Notes under the pieces: model-generated
Database searches by the model: none
Seen by the model: the letters and a program-made list of their open reading frames with translations, nothing else
What the model was told of the DNA's origin: nothing
Shown here: one piece after another, positions 16,518 through 51,392 of the stretch
Position numbering within the stretch: position 1 is the first letter of the stretch
How the letters are laid out: the number at the start of each line of letters is the position of its first letter
Assembly (NCBI GenBank): GCA_020137815.1
Contig: CM035356.1
Coordinates: 8,060,001 to 8,124,000 of the forward strand
DNA: 64,000 bases
Direction of reading: 5' to 3'
DNA from: Hormiphora californensis
Taxonomy: Eukaryota > Animalia > Ctenophora
Program-made: the position numbers and the translations under genes

Positions 16518-18571
16518 ATGGAAGTTTTGTGTTGGAGACTTTACAGGTTGAAGAACACAACTGATGGTTATACTCACTGGGTCTCTAAGGCCAGCGAGGT
16601 ATGTACATAACTATACAAAAACAGAGTGTAATACATTTCTTTAAAAATAATTGTTTTCTTTTGTTTGAGTATTACATTTCGCATGATTTTTCGAGCGGTG
16701 TATTATCTATGCGTTATGTAGTAACATGCGAGATTCGTAGATTGAGGTTTATTTGTGTAAACACCTAACCAAGTGTATTGCGAGCTTTCCAAATATTGCG
16801 AACTATATATTGAGTATCTACATATCCAAATAATCCCTTTATATTGGTGATGCCATCCCCGGCTAGTGTAGGGGTGGCCGCGTCACCAACCCTTTATAAT
16901 AATCCCTTTATAAGCAAAGATATCCAAATATTGAAAATTTTGCTGTGTGCTTACACTGTACCCTCTCTTACCGGGCACCATCCCTAGAAATACGTCACGC
17001 ACCACATCACGAGAGAGTACAGCACAGGAGTGAGAGAAAAGAGGGGGGGGGGCCTCGTACCCAAAGTATTTTGAGCTTTACAAATGGCTATAATTCCCTG
17101 CAGGCGTTTTGTGAGCTATCCAAGGACCTGAAACAGATGGGTGCAGATGATGTTAAAGGGTATCTCCGGGAGAGGGGTGTCCTGGCACTTTTCCCAATGT
17201 TTGAGGCTTACGTTAACAATAACCTTCTCAAAACACCCTCAAAAACACCACTCAGATCACATCTGGCAACCTTTGCAGCGTACAGCCAGGTAACTGTGTA
17301 GTACTGTTAAGGGTCCAACCAAATAAGGGTCCAACCAAATACAACATTTTCTCTTTCTGCCAAGAGAATTGAGTGTCGAGAAAAGAGCCCTTCGGGATAT
17401 GATGATGTAGACCCCTCCCCTCTGGCCTTGAATTGGCAATTCACAGTGTGAGGAGACTCAACTTCAATATCTAACTAGTTTCTCGATCAGGTGGTATCAT
17501 TGTGTGAGGGAATGTTAGAGGAACTTCTCTACGGAGGATCCCACAAATACCTAGCCCACCAGTTGGCTCTCCTATACCAGGCACTGGCACTGGCAGGTCT
17601 TCACTTGAACGATTTTAGAATTAAGGTAAGACGAGAGGTCGGTCTCACAGACTCGCCAATTCTCACATCTCACTACATTATATTATGTGTATATAATTGT
17701 ATGTATATTGTATATTATCATTATGTGAACTAGTAAACCCGTTCGCCCTACGGGCGAATTTCTGGGAAATGGTAGCTGGATTAGGGAACACTGACATCAC
17801 CAGTCGAACTGTTGGCATGCACCGTACCGTAAAAGGAGCTCAGGCGGGATCGCTGCGAGTTTTAGAACTCCTCGCGTTTCATCTGTTTGCAGTATTCATC
17901 TGGGATTGATCACCGGTTCTGTCTAACCTCCAACGTCTTTTTCGTTGTCTCTGCACTTCTCAGTTCTCTTGGTGTTGCTGTATTTAAACCTTCAGTGTAT
18001 GGAAAAGTAGAGAATGGCGGTGAGATCTCCAATTGTCGATTTCGTAATCGTATATCAACGGTTGTTGAAGAGAGCATAATAGCTGGAACAGTGACACAAA
18101 AACAACGCAAGAACAGCTGCACGTGCAGCTGCAGTACATTAGTAACAATCCTTGGCAACGGCTCCCACCCCTGGCCCAACTCCAGCTATAGTACTCCACC
18201 TCTAAACCTGCACGTGCAAAATGCCATATTTGGTTAAAAAAACGGGACATGGGATTTCCCTATTTGCTTTAATAATAGTATGATATTGAGAGTATCGTTT
18301 AGAATATATTATTATGCAAGTTTCCCTTGCAACGGGAGGCCCGTTTCGATGTTAACCCGGGTTTATAGTTGTTATACCCCTACATCTCATTTCACAGGGT
18401 GAAGGTATGTTCAAGACAGTAAAAGGGGAGCTAGAACAGTACAGTATCCTATCTGTCGATACCATGGAATGCTTAGTTAATTTTCTGACATCAACACGAC
18501 AAGCTGCACTTGCCAGTGTTACTGATAATACGGCTACCACTCAGCTGAACGAGGCAGCCGAGCAGAGTTAA
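16518..18571 (+). CDS. Unidentified protein, 4 coding exons (16518-16598, 17104-17289, 17491-17625, 18398-18571)
   Basis: Phase-consistent GT-AG exons giving MEVLCWR...HKYLAHQLALLYQAL...AAEQS*. Confidence 0.65.
17730..18283 (-). mobile_element. Non-autonomous Helitron (about 554 bp) in an intron
   Basis: Minus strand A|TCATACTATTATT...TTCGCCC-GTA-GGGCGAA hairpin...CTAG|T: canonical 5' TC, 3' hairpin plus CTAG, A/T target, no TSD. Confidence 0.85.
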
Positions 18572-19163
18572 ACAATAATTGGAGCATAGTTTAACGATTG
18601 AAACGGTTTCAAGTTTATATGTTGGGAGAGGGGGGGGGGGGGTTCAACGATTGAAGCAGATTTTAACATTGAAATAGGTGATGGGGAGGGGATTGTACTG
18701 TTGATTCAAAGTACGGATTTGCCGGGCTACTTGGGGAAAGGGTGTTTTACTAAAAGTTTTGTTACCTATGAAATACGTCATATTTTGTTACTAACGTTTT
18801 GAGATTTTATGCATACTTATGTGATGCGTTGACTATTTATATTTGTTTGGTTCATATTGTGTTTATTTAATGTTTGTCAGAGAGTTGGATATTTATTTCA
18901 TTGTTTACTGTATTTCTATTTGATTTCTACGAGTTTCTAAGTTCCCTAATATACCCTTCCTGTTTGTATTGCTCCTATTTTCCATAAAGTTACAACGGTC
19001 ACTGTTACATTGTGAGTGACCAATGGGATTTTAGTCCTTCGCAACCGTGTTTTATTTTACACGATTGTCGATTGCGGTTGTGTCCCAGGTTTCACATCCT
19101 ATTTGACATCACCCTTCAAATACTACAGACTATTGTTCTAACCCGATACACTTTACAGCCATC

Positions 19164-20495
19164 ATGATAGTTGGTAAGATGATCAGAGGATCGATAACCC
19201 GGCCCCGATTTATCGTCACCCTCCTCTCCTGTTGTATAATCCTCGTTCCCCCGGGCGGTCTTGTCTACGGATTCTCATCCATCACCCCCTACCTCCTCTC
19301 CTATCTACACTCTCTAGGTCACACCACCACCAAAACCGCCTTCTCGTGGATCTACGCCGCTCTTCTAACCGGCCAGGGACTATCAATGATTTTGAGTGGC
19401 ATGGCCGAGCAGATATGGCCTACCCGGTATCTCTCCGTTATTGCTGTGTTCCTCTTCAACGGTAGTCTGTTGTTATTCACCTGGACGACATGTAATGTGG
19501 GCCTCCTTGTTCTGAGCTACTTCACCGCGGGGCTGTCCCTTGGTATGCTCTATGTGTTGAGTTTGGTGGTTGGGTTATCGTGGATTAACAAGGAGTACCA
19601 TGGACTGGCAGCGGGGCTACTTAGTTTTGGGTTTGGACTCTCCTCTGCACTCGTTGCACCCCTTCAGACTCTCTACATCAACCCTAATAACATGATACCT
19701 GTACATAATGAAACAATCGGTGATTACATCTTTGATGACGAGTCAGTGTATAATGCTGTTCCCCGGATGTTTACTGTTTTCGCTGTCCTATCCTTCATCC
19801 TCCAACTACCCCTCTCGTTTCTCCTCACTAAAAATACAGATCTACCCCCCTCAAAATCAGAGACCAGTATCAGGGAAATGCTGAGAAGGAGAGAGTTTTA
19901 CATCATGTTCACCATCTTCGCACTGAACAAATTACCCCTAGCTTACATCGCTTCATACGCTAAGTTCTACGGGGAGACATTTCTTACAGCGGATATGTTT
20001 CTCTCCGTGGTGCTAGGAGCTGCAGGAGTGTTTAACAGCTTGGGGAGGCCATTCTGGGGTTGGGTTCACGACAAACTCGGTGTGAGGTGGTCACTGGTTG
20101 GACTTGGAGGATTCACTGCTCTCTCCATATTCTCCTCCTATCTCTCCCGATTCTTGGAAGGGGCCCTCAACCAAAAAGGAGCATACACCCTCTCTGTTTG
20201 GTGTGCCTACTTCTGTTGTGCTGGCAATTACGCAGTTTTCCCCGCTGCCACGGTCCAGTATTTTGGTCACGATGGCCTAGGAGCCAAGTATGGCGTACTA
20301 TACCTCTCTCAAGGAGTTGGAGCCCTGCTATCCGCGCTTTATACTGCTGTTATTCCCTTCTGGGCTCCGCTAGTGATGAGTATAGTGGCTACGAGTGTGG
20401 TATCAGGGTGTCTTGCGTTGTTGTTACAAAGCAGGGAAGGGGTAAAGAGGGACCGAGAGGATAGGGTGGGGTTGTTAATGGGGACCCGCGGCTGA
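19164..20495 (+). CDS. Intronless MFS transporter, oxalate:formate antiporter (OFA)/MCT-like
   Basis: 443 aa, about 12 hydrophobic segments, GRPFWGWVHDKLG motif, GLAAGLLSFGFG; acceptor ttacag|ccatcATG. Confidence 0.88.
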   Translation: MIVGKMIRGSITRPRFIVTLLSCCIILVPPGGLVYGFSSITPYLLSYLHSLGHTTTKTAFSWIYAALLTGQGLSMILSGMAEQIWPTRYLSVIAVFLFNGSLLLFTWTTCNVGLLVLSYFTAGLSLGMLYVLSLVVGLSWINKEYHGLAAGLLSFGFGLSSALVAPLQTLYINPNNMIPVHNETIGDYIFDDESVYNAVPRMFTVFAVLSFILQLPLSFLLTKNTDLPPSKSETSIREMLRRREFYIMFTIFALNKLPLAYIASYAKFYGETFLTADMFLSVVLGAAGVFNSLGRPFWGWVHDKLGVRWSLVGLGGFTALSIFSSYLSRFLEGALNQKGAYTLSVWCAYFCCAGNYAVFPAATVQYFGHDGLGAKYGVLYLSQGVGALLSALYTAVIPFWAPLVMSIVATSVVSGCLALLLQSREGVKRDREDRVGLLMGTRG

Positions 20496-20887
20496 GGAGT
20501 TTGAGTTGGTTGAAAGGAGACAAGCGTATCCTGAACTTAATAACCGGTAATCAGATATCTCCACCTCTCTATCTTTGAATCTTTGAATCTACATCTATAT
20601 CGTAGCTCTGTGTATTGAGAGATGTATCTGGGACATTCAATTCAAACAGAGAATTCACAGTGCTGGGTGCTGCATAATATACATATTGACTTTTCTCTTG
20701 ATATCTTTGAGTAGAAATCATTTTCTCAGTTCTCGGATTGACTTGTTAGAATTCAGAGTCTGAACCCTAAAATGTCTGAACTTCAGACTGTCTCAACACA
20801 TTTTGACCAGTCGTCCACACTTGAACCGTTAAACGGTCGAATTTTCAGTTTCCCGTTATACGGTGCTATAATTTATATCATGACACT

Positions 20888-21012
20888 TTAAATATTGTTT
20901 GGGTATGATATTCCCTCATTTTTCTCCCTCTTGCGCTGTCCTCTCTCACGATATCGTGCACGCTACGTTTAGTTCCCAAAAAGAGAGGGGACATCGTACC
21001 CCAAAATATTTT
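20888..21012. mobile_element. Degenerate small TIR element; related reverse copy at about 16960-17075
   Basis: aaatattgtttgggtatgatattccctc...gagggacatcgtaccccaaaatattt imperfect inverted ends. Confidence 0.45.
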
Positions 21013-21253
21013 TTAGGGTGAAATTATGTTAAACTAATCTGGGTATAATGATTATGTAGCAACAGAGCTGCTAAGATTTTTCTTTAATATTTAATTGCTG
21101 TAAATTTCTACATTCAAATACAATATAGTTTCCCTAATATTTTCCATCCAGCTTTCACCTCTCGCATTTCTAACTCTCCTTTTATAGTGCCTCTAGATAG
21201 CACTATTATGACATCCAGGATAACTAACTATGGATAATTAAAGATAATTAATT

Positions 21254-38575
<17,322 letters not shown>

Positions 38576-39419
38576 GATGTGTCTACCTTAGTGATAATTA
38601 TCGTATATCTTGGATGAATTTGGTCAGAGAGAGAGAGAGAGAGAGACACACAAATTAAATGCTTCGTTGAACGAAAAACTGCTGACATTATTGCTATGCT
38701 TGCGGAATACTGATCCAAGTTAAATATGCAACTGCTGCGGCCGAATAATTATATGTACACAAACTTTATATGCTTACACACCAAATTTACATTCGTTTTG
38801 GACTTTGAATTCTTACACAGATATGAGTAGAGAGTTGAGAGAAGTTGAATGTTTTTACCAGTTTATTGTATCATTGTGTTTTATACATGTCACATTTCTT
38901 TCATCTACACATAATTTCTCCTTTTATTTCTGCGTGTAAAAAAAAGGGGGACAAGACATCGATCAACCCCAAACACTTCGTTCAGCGGACCGCATTTTAC
39001 ACAACACAATTCAGTACAGTAGCGCGCGGGGACATCAAGGTTAGGGTTCTGGCGCGCACGAGCGTATAAAGTTGGAATTGAGGTTTTTCTGGTCCGGGCC
39101 GGTCACGGATGGAGCAGTTTTGTTGGACCGGGATTCAGGATTGGTTTGTCAACAAGGATTTATAACTTGCTCCAGACCTGCTCACTGCTGTCTGCTGTAG
39201 TGCTGTGAGGCCTCTGAGGAGAGGGTTACGGGTAACTAAGGTCCGGGGAATGATACACACGTCAAACCTCAGCCTGTTGTTGTTTCCGGGAGTGCAACAT
39301 TGGTTGAACAAGTAAAAACAACACTCTTTACTGGAAGTTGAATTTGAGAGGCTGGATGAAAACATCACATTAATAATTAATTAACTAATTAACACATTGA
39401 GGGTCAATCAAGAACATTG

Positions 39420-40312
39420 GGCAGGTGAGAAGAAGCCCGACCGGTTAAGGGACCCTTTAAGGGACCCTTTTAGGGACCCTTTAAGGGACCCTTTAAGGGA
39501 CCCTAGAAAGTTAAGGGACCCTTTAAGGGACCCTAGGAAGTTAAGGGACCCTTTAATGAGGTAGAACGAATCGTGAGCAGTACCGTCGTATCAGTTCACC
39601 TTGTAAGCGGTTCCGCTGCTAATGAGGTACACCGAATCGTGGTCAGTACCCTCGTATCAGTACAAACCCCGGCACAAGAATTAAATAACAGGTCAGAAAC
39701 AATCGATATTATTAATACCATCTCCAGAAATGGAGAATGCTCCCTTGGGAGAAACCGCACCCTCGGGTGAAACCGCACCTTCGGGTGAATCAACGGGGTT
39801 GCTCCCCTCAATCCCGAACCCAAGGTCGAACCCACCTAAAGGGCTCCCCCTGCCCACACGCGACCTATCCCTCCCCCATGGGTCGTGATCCGTCACCTTC
39901 ACGTCCACACGCGACCTATCCCTCCCCCAAGGGGTCGCGTACCATCCTCCACGGTCATCATTAGCGGTGCTGGTATCACTAAGTGATTGGCCCCTGTGCG
40001 TAGGGTCCCCGCAAGGGGTTCACGCCCATGGCAACCGCTCTTATCAAATCAAATCAAATCAGTACACATTGTAAGCGGTTCCGTCGCTAATGAGGTACAC
40101 CGAATCGTGAGCAGTGAGCAGTACCGTGTATCGGTTCACATCTCTGTCTCTGTCTCTGTCTCTGTCTCTGTCTCTGTCTCTGTCTCTGTCTCTGTCTCTG
40201 TCTCTGTCTCTGTCTCTGTCTCTGTCTCTCTGTCTCTCTCGCTCTCTCTCTTTCTCTCTCTCTCTCTCTGTCTCTGTCTCTCAGCTATCTCCATCCTAAA
40301 AAGACAGAGAAA

Positions 40313-40348
<36 letters not shown>

Positions 40349-40817
40349 AAGAGACAGCGACAGAGACAAAGACAGCGACAGAGACAGAGGCCGAGAGAGA
40401 GATACAGAGACTGAGACAGAGGGAGAGACATAGAGAGGGACAGAGACAGACACAGAGGGGGAGACAGAGACAGAGGGAGAGACAGAGATGTGAACCGATA
40501 CACGGTACTGCTCACTGCTCACTGCTCAGCACGATTCGGTGTACCTCATTAGCGACGGAACCGCTTACAATGTGTACTGATACGAGGGTACTGACCACGA
40601 TTCGGTGTACCTCATTAGCAGCGGAACCGCTTACAAGGTGAACTGATACGACGGTACTGTTCACGATTCGTTCTACCTCATTAAAGGGTCCCTTAACTTC
40701 CTAGGGTCCCTTAAAGGGTCCCTTAACTTTCTAGGGTCCCTTAAAGGGTCCCTTAAAGGGTCCCTAAAAGGGTCCCTTAAAGGGTCCCTTAACCGGTCGG
40801 GATTCTTCTCACCTGCC
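39420..40817. mobile_element. Foldback element with tandem subrepeats and an inverted microsatellite core
   Basis: TIR ggcaggtgagaagaa...ttcttctcacctgcc; 8-bp TSD gaacattg; ttaagggaccct and about 66-bp subrepeats; (TGTCTC)n/(GAGACA)n centre. Confidence 0.85.
39665..40057 (+). mobile_element. Structured short retroposon inserted in the left foldback arm
   Basis: 9-bp TSD atcagtaca; (CAAAT)n tail; the empty site is preserved in the right arm (about 40570-40590). Confidence 0.75.
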
Positions 40818-41634
40818 GAACATTGGGTGACTAAGCAGGGTACTTCTCCCCATGCCTTACAGATATAGCAATTCGAGACACTCGCAATATGAGTATAGTT
40901 CAAACAGACAGCCGAAGCAGAAATTAAGCGTCTCTTCTCTTCTTGGCCACAAAGAAATAACAAAACAAACAATTCGCTAGTCGTGAGGCAGAAGCCTCGA
41001 CGACCGGCCAGGGAAATCCCCTGAAAATTAACAACTGTTTTTATTAACATGATAAAAAGGACTGTTTCTTGTCTCTGCTGCTGGCTATAGATGAGCGACA
41101 ATCCTTCCTCGCAGTCAGTGACACAAACAATGTGGTTTTGGTGGCTGTATTTGGGTATCCGGACTTCCTCTATCTTGTTCACTGTAATAATAATGTCTCT
41201 GTTGAGCTACCTGGAAGGGTTGAAAATGATGATTAGACCAGTTTTTAATGTTAATTGGATCAACAATGAAACTTGAAAGCCCAGAATTGTCGAGATCGAG
41301 TTGCTCCACTGCCGCGCCCATCCCTTGTCAAATCACGGCCCGCTTTTCGGCGCGCACAAAACTCCAATTGTTACACTCTCACCCAAACAAGAGCACCGCG
41401 CCTTACAACCAGTACTGGCTCTAAAATGGACAGAAATAGGGGCAGGACCTCCCGCGTTTGATTATCATGGTTCAGAAGGGAGGAAGTACCTATTTGGTGG
41501 TTGTCTACTACTACAGTAGCTGCTCCAGTGGATCAGTCATGGTTTGACAAATATAACTACAGTGGTTTCACTCTCTCTGAGCTCGACAATTTCTGTACGT
41601 GATTTTCAGAACTTACTCAATCTGTTGTAACACG

Positions 41635-47317
<5,683 letters not shown>

Positions 47318-47699
47318 GGCTGCTGTCATAAGAAAACAGTCTTGTTCGATGTGTTATCTGATTACTGGAATATTTAAATCCCAAGAATTAGGTACGTGTA
47401 CGAGAACAGAGAATTATGTTAGGCGAAAGCGCAAGATTTTTAGGCATCAAAAAATCTCATATCTACCACCAAAATCTGGGACGGAGCTGGCACAGGCCCC
47501 AGCGCGTCCGGAGCCAGCCGCTAAGGTCATGGGGTGTGATACCCCAAAAGCAGGGCCCAGGGTCGCAATTTTGACGTTTTGCGACGATTTAAACCGTCTG
47601 ACAGGCGACAGCGCTTGAAAGTGTAAAGGACAAAAGTGGTAACAAAAAACTGACACAAAAAAAAGGAAACGCGACGTGAAATTTGAAAATAAGAATTTT

Positions 47700-47780
47700 T
47701 TTTGCGAATCGAAAGTGCGCCGCGCGAGAAAATCTTACGCGCGGCGCAAAATTAGTTAATTTTGCATTTTTATCGCGCGT
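47700..47780. promoter_or_regulatory. Putative HELLS promoter with an inverted CGCG motif pair
   Basis: tgcgccgcgcg-agaaaatctta-cgcgcggcgca (47716-47748). Confidence 0.5.
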
Positions 47781-47918
47781 TACAGTTACTTAGCCCAAAG
47801 CGCTGGAGAGGGCTCAAATGGATTGCCAAGACCACCCTGACTTCCAGAGAACCAAAGCGACAAACCAATGCAAACGAAGTTTTTTGGAATGGATAAAAAC
47901 TAAATCACGAATGGCAAT

Positions 47919-48536
47919 TTATTCCTCTTGTTCTTCAACCGGTTGGGGCTGTCTTGAGCTCATAACCTGAGCGGCGATTCTGTCGGCATCCTTTCGTCCC
48001 TGGCTGGTGATCATCCTTCCACCGTCGGGGTGCTTGGCGATCATCTTCAACTCCTCGAGACCCATCAGGGCTTTCCTGATCACGGAGGCAGAGGCCTTTC
48101 GGTGATGGCTGGGGGCGGATCCCATGTTCTTTCGTCCTCCATAGACCTTCCTGAGGGCTCCAGTGCCGACTCCCTGTCGGAGGTACACTCGTCGGAGGAG
48201 GGCAGCAGTCCTGATGTAGTACCAATCGGGACTCTGAGGGAGAGGGAGATCGTTACTAGGAGAGTGGGGGAGAGAGCAGGTTTCGGGGGCAGAAAGGGAT
48301 ATGATCAAGAACTACTAAAAGGTGCTGGAAGTTACCTGAGGGGGCAGCTCTTTGAAGGTAGCGGTCTTGACGATGTCGGTCCAGGCGGGCACGTTCAGCT
48401 TGCCAGACTTCTTCAGGAAAGCAGCGAATTCGGCGACCCACAGCTGAGAGTCAACATCCTTGAGGGTGGTTCCTCCAACGTGTTTCTCCTTGTAAATGTG
48501 CTCCGGGATGGGGCCCAGTGACTGGTAGGTGGCCAT
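47919..48536 (-). CDS. RPS19: 40S ribosomal protein eS19 (exons 48536-48336, 48233-47919)
   Basis: [20 protein letters not shown]|[22 protein letters not shown]. Confidence 0.95.
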
Positions 48537-48719
48537 GTTATGTGCTACTAGACAGAGAGTGGAGGGTTAGACAAAAATGGACTTAGGGGCGGGCAAGGAG
48601 ATGGCTAGTTAGGCATTGAGATATGTCATCGGGTGTATTTTGAGGTGGGTAAGGCAAGACGAATAAAACACAAGGACGTCAATGTAATAAAAACAAAGTG
48701 TAAAAAACACTCCCTTTTC

Positions 48720-49274
48720 TTAACGGTAAGACTTCTGGTATCGTGCTCGGGCTCCGGGACCTCCGAACTTCTTGGGCTCGCACCGCCTGGGATCAGCCAC
48801 CAGCATCGTCTTGTCGTAACTCAGGAGGATGTCCTTGATCTCTTTCTTGCTCGTCTCATCGACAAACTTCTGGTAGTAGGCCACGAGGGACTTGGAGATG
48901 GCCTGTCGGATAGCGTAGATCCTGGCAGTGGAACCACCACCTCGGCACCTCACTCGGATGTCAACTCCCTCGAATCGCTTCTTTCCCAGGAGCAGGACGG
49001 GCTCGAGGACCTTGTACCGGAGGGTGGGAGGCTGGACCAGATCAACTGGAACACCGTTTACCTGGTGAGAGAAGAGGAATTAGGTTAGAAGCCCGTTAGA
49101 AGTAGGTTAAACAGGTTTTCCCTGATTAGTCAATAGCCCGTCAATAGTCATTAGAAAGTAGCAAAACATGAGCTGAGAAATAATACGAACCTTGATCATG
49201 CCATTTCCTTCCTTGGTGTAGGCGACAGCTGTGGCGGTCTTCTTTCGACCGAATACCTGAACAGACTTGACCAT
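48720..49274 (-). CDS. RPS16: 40S ribosomal protein uS9 (exons 49274-49191, 49061-48720)
   Basis: [14 protein letters not shown]...[24 protein letters not shown]. Confidence 0.97.
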
Positions 49275-49469
49275 TCTAAAGACACAGATATTGTTAGGGT
49301 GGTTGTTTAGAAGAGTGGTTAGCAGGAGGAAAAGGGAGGGGAAATATACCAGGGGTGAAGTAGTGAAAACGGGTTATGGGTTGTTACAAAAATAATTGAC
49401 AAACTATACACAATTAGATCAAACAATACACTTCAGCCCAACTAAATTCCGACACATACAGATCTATTT

Positions 49470-50225
49470 TCACTTGACAGGATCTTTGACGTTATCATCA
49501 AAACTGGCATTAATCCACCTATGTAACATTGGGTTCACCCCCGACCACTTATCAACCCCACTCTCCCTCACCCCACCCTTCAACAACCTCAACAACTCAT
49601 CACTGATCGGCTCCGTCTTATCATCATGTACGGTGAGAGCAGCCCCAGCCGGGACTCCCTCTCTCACAGCATCCAAAATGATATCCACCTCAGTTCCGGG
49701 AACTCCGCTAATTCTCAGAACCCGTCGGTGGGTTTTCAGGTAGATGGTTTCATCGAGGTTCTTGGTGTATCTGTTAGCGGGCTTCATGGTGGAGATCTTC
49801 TCTACCGTTGTGGGGAGTGCAACTCGTCCCTCTACTGAACAACCAATCTGGTGGGAGAGAGAGATTGTTACGATAACTAGGAGAGTGAGGGAGATCGTTA
49901 CTGTTGAACAACCAACCTAGTGAGGGGTGGTAAGAAAATAGACCCCAAATGGACCTAGATTGCACCAGTGTAAAGTAAGTGTCCCTAATTTACATAATAA
50001 ACCAACCTGTCGGCAGTAGGTAGAAGTGTGTTTAATGAACCGTTCCAGTTTCACATCATCATGTCCGCTCATATGGAAGTTTAGAGCGAGGGACAGGTTT
50101 GGGGCATCGAATGTCTCCTCGTATGCAATGGGAGTCCTATCACTGGAGATGTAACGAGCAGAGGATGAGGGGAGGGATGAGGATGGAAGGGAGCAGAATC
50201 GTTTACAATATTGTCGGACTAACAT
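49470..50225 (-). CDS. MRPL48: Mitoribosomal protein mL48 (exons 50225-50007, 49847-49470)
   Basis: Presequence-like N-terminus; LNFHMSGHD..ERF, VALPTTVEKI, LKTHRRVLRISGV, VPAGAALTVH match the mL48 uS10-like fold. Confidence 0.75.
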
Positions 50226-50288
50226 TGCGCTAAGAAAGAAAGGAAGGGTTAACATTGTGAAGTATAATAACAGACGATTAAGTATTAA

Positions 50289-51270
50289 GGCCAGAGGGGG
50301 GGGGTCCGGGGGTATAAAAAGTCACTTCCGGTATCTGGTCCGGCTCTTCGAGCCGGACCAGATGACATACTCGGAATCGATTTTGTGTACACTGTTATGG
50401 AGAAAATTGAGGTTAACTTTTGGCCCAAAATCAATGTTAACCTCTCTAATTCTTAGAGTTCGTGTATTGAGACAATGAAAACGGTTCTAAAAGTAAGGTA
50501 TCACTAAGGAGAGTATGTGGGAGCGATTTTATGGCGATATTCCTGGTAGTTCTTTAAATTTTGAGGTTAACATATTTCACCAAAAGTACCTTTTTGGTGA
50601 ATAACTTGGAACATTTTTACGAATCGCCACTACATTCATCTCATAGACGGCTAAGAGTTGGGCCTTGAAATTTGGCAGGCATGATCCTTAGATAATAAAC
50701 TGTGTTTTGAGTGTAACGATTTTTTATTGGAGCCTCCGTTCCCAAGATATTGAGGTTAACGTCTAAAAAATATCAGATGTGAAATATGTTAACCTCAATA
50801 TCTTGGGAACGGAAGCCTCAATCAAAAATCGTTACACTCAAAACACAGTTTATTATCTAAGGATCATGCCTGCCAAATTTCAAGGCCCAACTCTTAGCCG
50901 TCTATGAGATGAATGTAGTGGCGATTCAAAAAGTAAGGTGTGAATAAGACCAAAAAGGTTGTTTTTTGGGCGATAAGTTAACCTCAAACATCCGAACAAC
51001 TATATGGCTTAGACCTCTGAAACTTTGAACATTTGGTCTCCTTGATCAGATCTATCGATTGGTACCATTTTTATCTGTGAAAGCGACATAGATACAAGAT
51101 TTTTGAGGTTAACTTACATTTTCGGTCAAAAGTTAACCTCAAAAAACAGGGCCTCCTGATACACTTGGTGCGCAGCTACCCTATCCAAAAGTTTCCTACC
51201 ACCGAGTTAAATCACATATGTAAACCTCAGAAAAGTACATTTTTTGACCCTCGGACCCCCCCCTCTGGCC
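50289..51270. mobile_element. TTAA-flanked palindromic MITE between MRPS10 and MRPL48
   Basis: ttaa|ggccagaggggggg...ccccccctctggcc|ttaa; near-perfect inner palindrome about 50600-50930. Confidence 0.88.
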
Positions 51271-51392
51271 TTAAATAGGGTGTTTTACAAAATGTACAAA
51301 ATCAAACTAACATTTCACAACTATCTCGCAGTCTCAAATTCCTCAAACACACGTGATGTCCTTATAAGGCATTAATGACCATATTTGGTACT

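Noticed and set aside
19164-20495. Horizontal transfer origin for the intronless OFA-like MFS gene
   Set aside because: OFA-like MFS genes are common in invertebrates and intron absence alone is not evidence; a phylogeny is needed
39550-40680. Hammerhead ribozyme in the ctaatgag...cgaat subrepeats
   Set aside because: Core deviates from CUGANGA/GAAA and stems I-III cannot be built convincingly
48234-49190. Intronic snoRNAs in ribosomal-protein genes
   Set aside because: No paired C/D boxes or clear H/ACA hairpins seen by eye
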